A stretch of DNA of 56,292 nucleotides, taken from positions 1 through 56,292 of the IMG/VR virus record IMGVR_UViG_3300037847_000441; one strand, given 5' to 3'. This document shows, piece after piece, positions 34,107 to 42,059 of this stretch. The position numbers and the translations under genes were made by a program. The notes under the pieces are model-generated. The model was not told the DNA's origin. It saw nothing but the letters and a program-made list of their open reading frames with translations, and searched no databases. The stretch comes from a virus (taxonomy: Duplodnaviria > Caudoviricetes). Position 1 is the first letter of the stretch. Every line of letters begins with the position of its first letter.

Positions 34107-34155
34107 GTGATGCTAATAATAGATCACATTAACTAAGCTTAATAAAGGAGTTAAT
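34107..34155 (+). promoter_or_regulatory. Two-hairpin 5' UTR occluding the SD (candidate RNA thermometer)
   Basis: GTGAT-G-CTA/TAG-ATCAC, then ATTAACT..CTT/AAG-G-AGTTAAT enclosing AAGGAG. Confidence 0.55.
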
Positions 34156-34156
34156 T

Positions 34157-34579
34157 ATGTTTCCATATACAGATTCAATGGTAAAAAACTTTTTAGAAAA
34201 CTCAATAGGATTTGATAGTCTGTTATACGGTCTGAAAGAGCAGACCACTCAGTATCCACCTTATGATATTGTTAAACACTCTGATACTTCCTATGAGATT
34301 ACACTAGCACTTGCTGGTCTTTCTAAAGAAGACATTTCTGTAATACAAGAAAAAAATAATGTTACTATATCTAATAATAAAAAAGTAGATGATGTAGGTG
34401 CTACTGTAGATAAAAAATATATACATAAAGGTATTGCTAAAAGACCATTTACAAAGAAGTTCTCACTACTACAAAATGCCATTGTAAGTGATGTATCTTT
34501 TGAGGATGGTCTGTTAACATTACACATTAACATTGTAGTTCCTGAAGAAGAGAAACCCAAACAAATAGAAATACAATAG
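34157..34579 (+). CDS. hsp20: Small heat shock protein (IbpA-like)
   Basis: IGFD, YPPYDI, LALAG, YIHKGIAKRPF, EDGLL, PEEEKPKQIEI. Confidence 0.93.
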   Translation: MFPYTDSMVKNFLENSIGFDSLLYGLKEQTTQYPPYDIVKHSDTSYEITLALAGLSKEDISVIQEKNNVTISNNKKVDDVGATVDKKYIHKGIAKRPFTKKFSLLQNAIVSDVSFEDGLLTLHINIVVPEEEKPKQIEIQ

Positions 34580-34586
34580 AACTATG

Positions 34587-34615
34587 GAGGGGTGGGTAAA
34601 ACCACCTCTCTTTTT
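34587..34615 (+). terminator. Intrinsic terminator after hsp20
   Basis: GAGGGGTGG / CCACCTCTC followed by TTTTT. Confidence 0.75.
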
Positions 34616-34626
34616 CTGGAGAAACC

Positions 34627-35397
34627 ATGAGAAAAGCACCTAACACAGTTTACATAGGCTATGATCCTAAAGAACAAGTAGCCTATGATGTTTTAAAATT
34701 TACGATAGAACGTATCTCTGTTGAGAATGTTCGTATAGTTCCTATAAAAAAAGATATTTTAGAACTTAATGGTATGTATACAAGGACATATACTACTGTT
34801 GATGGACAACAGATAGATGATATAGATAAAAAACCTTTTTCTAGTGAGTTTAGTTTTACACGTTTTCTTGTACCAGCCATGAACATGTATGAGGGTTGGG
34901 CATTATACATGGACTGTGACATGTATCCACGTATAGATATTAATAATTTATTTGAAGAATATAATTTAGACTATTATCCTTTATATTGTGTAAAACATAA
35001 ATATGAACCGGGTGATGGTTTTAAAATGGATGGCAGAGTTCAACAAAACTATCGTAGAAAAAACTGGTCTAGTTTTATTCTTTGGAATTGTAGTCATCCT
35101 CTCAATAAAAATTTAACACCAGAAGTTGTTAATACTCAGACAGGCCAGTGGCTTCATGCTTTTGGTTGGTTGCCAGACAAAGAAGCTGACATTGGTTCTA
35201 TACACGAAGAATGGAACTGGTTAGACAACCACTCACCTGAAGAGATTGAAGCTAAGAATGTACACTTTACTACAGGTGGTCCTTGGTTTAAAGGATGGAC
35301 TTCTAGTAGAAAAATTGATGGTCAGTATGCAGCAGAATGGAACGCTGATTACACTTACCTTGCAGGAACAGGACAGATAAAACCTTATGAAATATAA
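34627..35397 (+). CDS. GT-A fold glycosyltransferase
   Basis: YIGYD, FSFTRFLVP, DCD (DxD), RKNWSS, WNWL, HFTTGGPW. Confidence 0.8.
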   Translation: MRKAPNTVYIGYDPKEQVAYDVLKFTIERISVENVRIVPIKKDILELNGMYTRTYTTVDGQQIDDIDKKPFSSEFSFTRFLVPAMNMYEGWALYMDCDMYPRIDINNLFEEYNLDYYPLYCVKHKYEPGDGFKMDGRVQQNYRRKNWSSFILWNCSHPLNKNLTPEVVNTQTGQWLHAFGWLPDKEADIGSIHEEWNWLDNHSPEEIEAKNVHFTTGGPWFKGWTSSRKIDGQYAAEWNADYTYLAGTGQIKPYEI

Positions 35398-37768
35398 AGT
35401 AGTTACATGTTTTGATGAAACATTACTAAAACTTAATGGATCAAAACTAATAGAGCAGTTTGCCTCAAGCTGGCAACCTAGCATAGATTTTCATTGTTAT
35501 TATTATAATTTAGATTTATCTAATTATTCTTTACCTAAGAAAAAGAATATTTATTATCATAATCTAAATGATATAGATGGCTTCTCTGAGTTTATGGAGC
35601 GTAATAAAACTCATGATGGTACAGAGGGCGGCAGTGTTCAGTATAATTCTATCATTGATGTTACATCAGAGGGACCAAAAGTATTTGCCATAAGTGAAGA
35701 GGCATTTAAAGATAACGACTCTTGGTTGTTTTGGTTAGATGCTAACTGCTGCACAGTAAGAGACATAAGATTAAATAGTTTAAAAGCTATCTTTAGTGAT
35801 GACTCTAATGCATTGTCCCTAGCTTTAGTTGAGCATAGAAATCATTTTGCTGGTTTTAATTTACAAAGCCAATCTGTTGTAGAACTTCTTGCAGACGTAA
35901 AAGGAGCGTATATTACAGATAGATTTACAGATTATAGAGAGTGGGGATTTAACTTTATACTAGGTTCAATACTACCTCTCTACCAAGCACGAGGTTTAAA
36001 TTATAAATTATTTACAGAAAATGGTATTAGTGTATTAAATAATTTATTCGTAGATTTACGTGACCCTGCATCTAGAAAACTTAGAGATGCAAAAGGTAAT
36101 AGAATAGTTCCTCTATCTGATAAAGAAACATCACCAGATATCTTACCGGGAAGATACAAACAACTTGCAGATATAGTTAGGCACTACAAACCACAGACTA
36201 TCTTAGAGACAGGAACATGGAATGGCGGTAGAGCTATAGAGATGTCTCTTGCTGCTTTTGAAAAGTCAGATAAAGTTCACTACATTGGTTATGATTTATT
36301 TGAAGATGCTACACCAGAGATAGATCAAGAAGAGTTTAACTCTAAAGCTCACAATACTTTAGCTGCTGTTGAAGCTAGACTAACAGAGTTTCAAGAGTTT
36401 GTTAAAAAAGAAAGACAAAAAGATTTTAGTTTTGAGTTAACTAAGGGTAATGTTAAAGATGTACTCAATATTAAAGCAGATAATGATATTGATTTTGCTC
36501 TCATTGGTAGTGGTAATAGCTTCAATACTGTAGAGTATGAATATAATACTTTAAAAGATATACCTGTTGTTGTTGCAGATCATTACTTTACAAAAGATGA
36601 AGCAGAAGAAATACCACCTGATGCCTATCAAGGTGTCAACCAAGTATTTAAAGCTGTCCCTACAAAAAAAGTAGAGACAGATGAAGTACCAGACGTAGAT
36701 GGATGGGTTACATTTGATGATGCAGCTACCACTAGAAAATATGTGCTTCCCTCTAGTGATAGAGTTCTTGGCGGTGGCACTACACACTTAGCTGTATTCT
36801 TACATGATCCTGATTTAAAAGATCTTCCAGAAGATGTTAAACGTGTTCCTATCGTAGTTCATCCTAGAGATTGTGTACCTAAAGATTATATTGTAAGTAA
36901 TATACAAACCAATATAAAAATGATAGGAGAAGACAACTGGGTATCTAAACACCCTCCTCATAGAGAAGTGGGTATTGTTGTATCTGCTGGCCCCTACTTA
37001 GATTGTGTAGCTCTAAAAGAGTTTATGCACACATATTTAGCAAGAGGTATTAGACCTAAAATACTAGCTGTTAAACATGCTTATCCTACTCTATTAAAGA
37101 ATGGTATAATACCGTGGGGATGTATTGTTCTAGATCCTCGTTCAATAGAAGGTAAGAGCACACACAATATTGTGCGTAAAGATTTGTTTAAAGATATAAA
37201 TAAAGAAACTTTATTCTTTGTTGCCTCTATGACAGATCCCTCTGTTACTAAACATATTAGAGATGGTAATGGTAAAATATGGGGATGGCATGCTTTTACA
37301 GACTTCATGAGACAAGAACAAGAACGAGGCACACAGATAATAAATCAAACTGTGCAGCTTAACGAAGAGTTAGGTATACCGCAAGGTGCTACATTAATTA
37401 CAGGTGGCACTTGTGCGGCTATGCGTGGTATTGGCTTAATGCACACGATGGGCTTTAGAGAGATACATCTCTTTGGCTTTGATTGCTGTCGTGAAGAACC
37501 AACAGCAGAAGAAAAGACAGAAACTACAGGTGATATAGAGGGTGGTGAAACACCTAAACCTAAATATATACAGGTCAATGTAGGAGACGTTACTTACTGG
37601 ACTACAGGTGAGCTTTTAGCTATGGCGCAAGACTGTGAAAAAGTATTTGATGATCCCGGTCTTGACGGTGTATTAGAGTTTCATGGTGAAAATACAATGA
37701 TATCAGCCTTGTGGGATATTAAACAAAGTAAGGAGAAGCGTCCAGCGTTTAAAGATTATTATGATTGA
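35387..37768 (+). CDS. Three-domain protein: GT-like + class I SAM methyltransferase + Maf/MptE(DUF115)-like domain
   Basis: N-terminal VVTCF...WLDA; central LETGTWNGGRA/GYDLFE; C-terminal VVSAGPYL, LDPR, GGT..MR, GFREIHLFGFDC. Confidence 0.7.
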   Translation: MKYKVVTCFDETLLKLNGSKLIEQFASSWQPSIDFHCYYYNLDLSNYSLPKKKNIYYHNLNDIDGFSEFMERNKTHDGTEGGSVQYNSIIDVTSEGPKVFAISEEAFKDNDSWLFWLDANCCTVRDIRLNSLKAIFSDDSNALSLALVEHRNHFAGFNLQSQSVVELLADVKGAYITDRFTDYREWGFNFILGSILPLYQARGLNYKLFTENGISVLNNLFVDLRDPASRKLRDAKGNRIVPLSDKETSPDILPGRYKQLADIVRHYKPQTILETGTWNGGRAIEMSLAAFEKSDKVHYIGYDLFEDATPEIDQEEFNSKAHNTLAAVEARLTEFQEFVKKERQKDFSFELTKGNVKDVLNIKADNDIDFALIGSGNSFNTVEYEYNTLKDIPVVVADHYFTKDEAEEIPPDAYQGVNQVFKAVPTKKVETDEVPDVDGWVTFDDAATTRKYVLPSSDRVLGGGTTHLAVFLHDPDLKDLPEDVKRVPIVVHPRDCVPKDYIVSNIQTNIKMIGEDNWVSKHPPHREVGIVVSAGPYLDCVALKEFMHTYLARGIRPKILAVKHAYPTLLKNGIIPWGCIVLDPRSIEGKSTHNIVRKDLFKDINKETLFFVASMTDPSVTKHIRDGNGKIWGWHAFTDFMRQEQERGTQIINQTVQLNEELGIPQGATLITGGTCAAMRGIGLMHTMGFREIHLFGFDCCREEPTAEEKTETTGDIEGGETPKPKYIQVNVGDVTYWTTGELLAMAQDCEKVFDDPGLDGVLEFHGENTMISALWDIKQSKEKRPAFKDYYD

Positions 37769-38441
37769 ATATAATGAAGAATATAGTAGAGATAATACAT
37801 CTCAAAGATATAAAGATCTACTAAAAGAATATGAAAAGTTACATGCATATAGTGAAGGTATGTTTAACGGTAGAAGTTTAGTAAGATTTGCTGGACCACT
37901 TGAACAAATAATTAACAAACATAAGTGTGAAACACTGCTAGATTATGGTTGTGGTAAAGGACATCCTTACACAGATAAGTTTCATACAGTTCCTGACTCT
38001 GATTTCTTAGATAAACCAATACATGAGTTTTGGGGTATAAAAGATATCACTTTGTATGATCCCGGTGAAGAAGAACATAGTAAGTTACCAACTGGTGTTT
38101 ATGATATTGTAATATGCACTGATGTTTTAGAACATGTGCCACATCAAGATCTTACTTGGGTTATTGATGAGATATTTAAATACTCTACAAACGTAGTATT
38201 TCTTAACATATGTTGTCTACCTGCTATGAAACATTTCCCTAATGGTGAGAATGTTCATGTATCATTATATCCTGTTGAAGAATGGCTGCAATTTATTGCT
38301 AGATTATCTATGGATTATCCATATCTAACTATCTATGTTTATGCAGATGATGAAGATAATGATAAGAAGCGTTTAAATGCTTATAAAATAATACCAAGAC
38401 CTACAATTATACCATTAAAAACTAAGCCTAAAAAAGAATGA
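37761..38441 (+). CDS. Class I SAM-dependent methyltransferase
   Basis: LLDYGCGKG, YDP, CTDVLEHVP. Confidence 0.85.
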   Translation: MIEYNEEYSRDNTSQRYKDLLKEYEKLHAYSEGMFNGRSLVRFAGPLEQIINKHKCETLLDYGCGKGHPYTDKFHTVPDSDFLDKPIHEFWGIKDITLYDPGEEEHSKLPTGVYDIVICTDVLEHVPHQDLTWVIDEIFKYSTNVVFLNICCLPAMKHFPNGENVHVSLYPVEEWLQFIARLSMDYPYLTIYVYADDEDNDKKRLNAYKIIPRPTIIPLKTKPKKE

Positions 38442-38758
38442 CTGTATTAAGATACAATAGATTTTATTATGATCCTCTACCTAGTAATGTTAAGATAAAA
38501 AAGAGTGACATACACGGATATGGTATCTTTGCAAAAGAAGATATTAAATCTAAAACAGATTTAGGATCTACACATATTAAATATCCCATGATTGTAGGCT
38601 ATGTAAGAACCCCTATGGGTGGTTTTATAAATCACTCAGAGAAACCAAACTGTCATTTAATTATATCTCAAGATTGGGATGACTTTATAATTTATAACGT
38701 AGTAACACATAAAAAAATATTAAAAGATGAAGAAATACTTTTAGACTATGAAGTGTAA
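38438..38758 (+). CDS. Minimal SET-domain protein lysine methyltransferase
   Basis: SDIHGYGIFA, FINHSEKPNC, EEILLDY. Confidence 0.85.
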   Translation: MTVLRYNRFYYDPLPSNVKIKKSDIHGYGIFAKEDIKSKTDLGSTHIKYPMIVGYVRTPMGGFINHSEKPNCHLIISQDWDDFIIYNVVTHKKILKDEEILLDYEV

Positions 38759-38769
38759 GGAGTAACATA

Positions 38770-39174
38770 ATGTTAGGACTAGCAGATAGTGTTATAGGTG
38801 TAGCTGGTAAAGTTCTTGATAAGTTTGTAGAAGACAAAGACCTCAAGACTAAACTAGAGGCTGAACTAAAACAACAGATGATTAGCCTTGATCTTGCTCA
38901 AACACAAGCTAATATAGAGCAAGCTAAACACCCTTCTATCTTTGTAGCCGGAGCTAGACCTGCCATCATGTGGATATGTGCTCTAGGTCTTGGTTGGCAG
39001 TTTATTCTTGCACCTATATCTTCATGGATTATTATAACTTGGTATCCTACAGTAACATTACCTATGTTAGAAACAGGAGAACTAACAAGTCTTGTTCTTG
39101 CTCTTCTTGGTCTTGGCGGTATGCGTACAGCAGAGAAGTGGAAAGGTGTCCAAAGAGATAATATGAAACAATGA
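38770..39174 (+). CDS. Holin of the 3TM/GTA type
   Basis: FVAGARPAIMWIC...LLGLGGMRTAEK. Confidence 0.75.
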   Translation: MLGLADSVIGVAGKVLDKFVEDKDLKTKLEAELKQQMISLDLAQTQANIEQAKHPSIFVAGARPAIMWICALGLGWQFILAPISSWIIITWYPTVTLPMLETGELTSLVLALLGLGGMRTAEKWKGVQRDNMKQ

Positions 39175-39521
39175 AAGCAGGTAAAGTCTGGGGTCAAACA
39201 TCTACCATATTTCAAAATGGTGTATTTGAATTTCACCACATTATATTTAATAAAGGTAGTAAATGTAGTAAACATAAACACAAATATAAGTGGAATGGTT
39301 TCTATGTAACTAAAGGTCAGCTTATTATCAGAGTATGGAAGAATGACTATGATCTTGTAGATGAAACTATTCTAAATAAAGGTGAATGGACAACAGTAAA
39401 ACCCGGAGAATATCACCAGTTTGAAGCTATATCAGATGGTGAGGCTCTTGAATTATATTGGGCAGAGTTTGATCATAATGATATTGAACGTGAGACAGTA
39501 GGAGAATCTAGTGGCTCTTAA
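39171..39521 (+). CDS. Cupin-domain protein (sugar isomerase-like)
   Basis: KVWG, CSKHKH..K.N.FYV, PGEYHQF. Confidence 0.75.
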   Translation: MKAGKVWGQTSTIFQNGVFEFHHIIFNKGSKCSKHKHKYKWNGFYVTKGQLIIRVWKNDYDLVDETILNKGEWTTVKPGEYHQFEAISDGEALELYWAEFDHNDIERETVGESSGS

Positions 39522-39978
39522 TGAAAAGCAAGAGAAGTTTGCACAGTCCTACATATTACATCGTAATGCTACAGAAGCTGCAAAGAATGCTGGTTATGCT
39601 CCTGACTCAGCAGCTAATCAGGGCTACCGTCTCATGCAGAATCAAGAGGTTGTTGATAGAGTTCACGAACTAGAGCAACAACTTGAAACAGATGTAGATG
39701 TTATAGGTGAATTAGAAAAGCAGTATGAGTTTGCTAAAAACAACGGTCACTCAAATAGTGCGCTCAAAGCGTTAGAATTATTATCTAGAATACGTGGTGC
39801 TAATAGTGATGTCAATTCGGGGTTAGATAAAGACACACTAGAAACAGCTATTGTTGGATGTCTTAATACATTAGGAGAAGATAAAGTTATTAATCTATTA
39901 CAGAAGTGTGACTTTGCAAGTAACATATTTGAAGAGGGGGATATAGAAGAAGATGCCAAGGAAATGGAAGGTGTATGA
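39511..39978 (+). CDS. terS: Terminase small subunit
   Basis: LNEKQEKFAQSY...NATEAAKNAGY..A...L; ALKALELL. Confidence 0.8.
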   Translation: MALNEKQEKFAQSYILHRNATEAAKNAGYAPDSAANQGYRLMQNQEVVDRVHELEQQLETDVDVIGELEKQYEFAKNNGHSNSALKALELLSRIRGANSDVNSGLDKDTLETAIVGCLNTLGEDKVINLLQKCDFASNIFEEGDIEEDAKEMEGV

Positions 39979-40090
39979 TTCTGATGGTAATATAGTTATT
40001 ATTACTACATATAAAGAAGCTGCACTATATATGTTAAAAAAGTTAAAGGGTAAGAAAAAAAGAGGAGCAAAGCTGACCGCTGAGAATTAA
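39953..40090 (+). CDS. 45-aa hypothetical protein (MPRKWKVYDSDG...)
   Basis: Manual translation; fills the gap. Confidence 0.45.
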   Translation: MPRKWKVYDSDGNIVIITTYKEAALYMLKKLKGKKKRGAKLTAEN

Positions 40091-40091
40091 T

Positions 40092-40463
40092 ATGAAACTT
40101 TGTATTTATTGTAATAATGATTTTGCTACAGATTTAGATCATACTATACCTTATTCTTTTTATTCATTAAACTATAAAGGTGGTAGAAAAAAAGCATCTC
40201 ATAATGATCCAGTTCCTATGGTAGATTCTTGCCGTGAATGTAATATTATGCTTTCTAATAAATTAATTCCAGACATAGATGATAGAAAAAAATTTTTATT
40301 AAATAAATATAAAAAAAGATATAAAAAACTATTATCTACACCTCACTGGGATGAGGAAGATTTGAAAGAATTAGATAAAGATTTAAGAAATAAAATTATT
40401 TATGACTTCAAGATAAAAAAGTGGGTAGAAGAAAAAATAAAATTTTTATCTCTTACTGCCTAA
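40092..40463 (+). CDS. HNH endonuclease (McrA-like)
   Basis: CIYC...DLDHTIP...SCRECN. Confidence 0.8.
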   Translation: MKLCIYCNNDFATDLDHTIPYSFYSLNYKGGRKKASHNDPVPMVDSCRECNIMLSNKLIPDIDDRKKFLLNKYKKRYKKLLSTPHWDEEDLKELDKDLRNKIIYDFKIKKWVEEKIKFLSLTA

Positions 40464-40688
40464 CTTACCTGCCTGATAAGCAGCAGCACCAAAGTAAGCT
40501 GCAATTAAACCTGATAAGGCTAGATAAGCCATCTCCATAACATTATTATTACCATAACGATCTGGTACAATTATAATAGCTATAGTCATAGCAAGTAACA
40601 TTCCCATCACAAGCCAAGCCATACGTCTTCTATTAGTCTGATATACAGATTTATCTGGTATCATATCTTCTTTTTTATCTTCACTCAT
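40446..40688 (-). CDS. 2-TM holin-like membrane protein
   Basis: RRRMAW, two TM helices, AAYFG. Confidence 0.6.
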   Translation of the reverse strand: MSEDKKEDMIPDKSVYQTNRRRMAWLVMGMLLAMTIAIIIVPDRYGNNNVMEMAYLALSGLIAAYFGAAAYQAGKLGSKR

Positions 40689-40698
40689 AATAGACTCC

Positions 40699-41175
40699 CT
40701 ATTCTGTAGGTATATTTAGATATACCACTGTACCTATCACTATTATTACAGCAGCAAATAAAGTTATTAAAGCAGCTAGTCCAATGTTTTTTATTTTCTC
40801 TAATCTCTGAGCTTGTTTTTTTGCTGCATTTTGCTTTGCTTTTTTTAATTCAAGTCTTGCTTCTCTCTCCAGAGCTAGAAATTGTTGCCAACTACCCGGA
40901 GTTCCATAGAGTTGCATAAACTCACGAAGCTCTTCTCTTTGTCTTTGTACAGTCTGAGTATGTAACAGACGCTTCATGGCAGTCTCTGAACTAGAACTGC
41001 CCATTAGTTTTGTTCTATTGTTTTCTTCTTGTACTTGTGAACAGCCTTTAGCCCAATCAGTTAGCTGCTTACCACAATCTGCAACTGTTCTACCATTCTG
41101 AAGAAGTTGTTTTACTTCTTTAAATGCTTTGTTAGCTAACGCTATGCCACTAATAACTGTGACCGGATCAACCAA
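40699..41175 (-). CDS. Conserved coiled-coil protein with C-terminal TM
   Basis: DPVT start, ELREFM..YG...W; GAGGGG RBS, TTG start. Confidence 0.7.
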   Translation of the reverse strand: MVDPVTVISGIALANKAFKEVKQLLQNGRTVADCGKQLTDWAKGCSQVQEENNRTKLMGSSSSETAMKRLLHTQTVQRQREELREFMQLYGTPGSWQQFLALEREARLELKKAKQNAAKKQAQRLEKIKNIGLAALITLFAAVIIVIGTVVYLNIPTE

Positions 41176-41197
41176 AATTACCCCTCAATCTATCAAC

Positions 41198-41440
41198 TCA
41201 TACAAATATCTCTTTTGTACTGTTTGATTTACCAACTTCTACTTCTTGACCATACCTATCATACAATGTGGTGGAGGACTCAGATACTCTTACAACAGGA
41301 CCATCCATTGTATATTTACGTGTTATGTAAGTAAGTTCATCTCCACCAGATTGTATTGTATGTCGTGTGTATACTTCTATGGGAGCCATGCTCATGCCCA
41401 TAATATGTGATTGTACAGGCTCCACTACTTGTAACTCCAC
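41198..41440 (-). CDS. Hypothetical protein
   Basis: ORF track; start uncertain. Confidence 0.55.
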   Translation of the reverse strand: MELQVVEPVQSHIMGMSMAPIEVYTRHTIQSGGDELTYITRKYTMDGPVVRVSESSTTLYDRYGQEVEVGKSNSTKEIFV

Positions 41441-41811
41441 ACTGTAGGTCTAGGACTACGATCTGAGTCATCCATATCATCTATATGAATAAATCTTTTA
41501 TTATGTGCTCCACGTTGAGCTACACCTATACCTGTAAATTTATGCTCTATTGCTAATCTAATAAGATCATAAGCATCTGATCCTGTTACAGCTACATCTA
41601 CTGCACGTCCTTGTACATGTGCTGAATTAGGAGAGCCACCTATTGCACTGTTGTGTGCTTGACTTCTATAACCTGATGTGATAATCATTGGTCTATCATA
41701 ACACTCACGAAGACACTCTAATTTTTCCATGAACTTTTCGTCCATTAAACACTCATCTGTACCTTTACATCTCATTTCTTTTTCTGTAAAGTAAGTCCAA
41801 TGTGTTGACAT
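41425..41811 (-). CDS. Peptidase M15A endolysin
   Basis: ITSGYRS..HN, SAH..GRAVD, FIHID zinc ligands. Confidence 0.88.
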   Translation of the reverse strand: MSTHWTYFTEKEMRCKGTDECLMDEKFMEKLECLRECYDRPMIITSGYRSQAHNSAIGGSPNSAHVQGRAVDVAVTGSDAYDLIRLAIEHKFTGIGVAQRGAHNKRFIHIDDMDDSDRSPRPTVWSYK

Positions 41812-42059
41812 TATCTACAAATCCTTTCCATCATATTATCTAGTTTAGTTTCAAGTTTATCAAAACGATCTATAAGTTTTTCTATATCTCGTTCAACTTC
41901 ATCTTTACGTGCATACTCTTTTGCTATCTCTTCTCTAGTCTTACTAACTAATATACGTGCCTCATCTAGTTTTGTATTCACACCACGTATCCACCATATT
42001 ACCATACCAGCAAATCCGCTAAGTATAAGATTCCATATCATTGCACTTTCTGGCATCAC
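41811..42059 (-). CDS. Single-TM coiled-coil protein (holin-like)
   Basis: N-terminal TM, KTREEIAKEY; adjacent to the endolysin. Confidence 0.65.
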   Translation of the reverse strand: MMPESAMIWNLILSGFAGMVIWWIRGVNTKLDEARILVSKTREEIAKEYARKDEVERDIEKLIDRFDKLETKLDNMMERICR

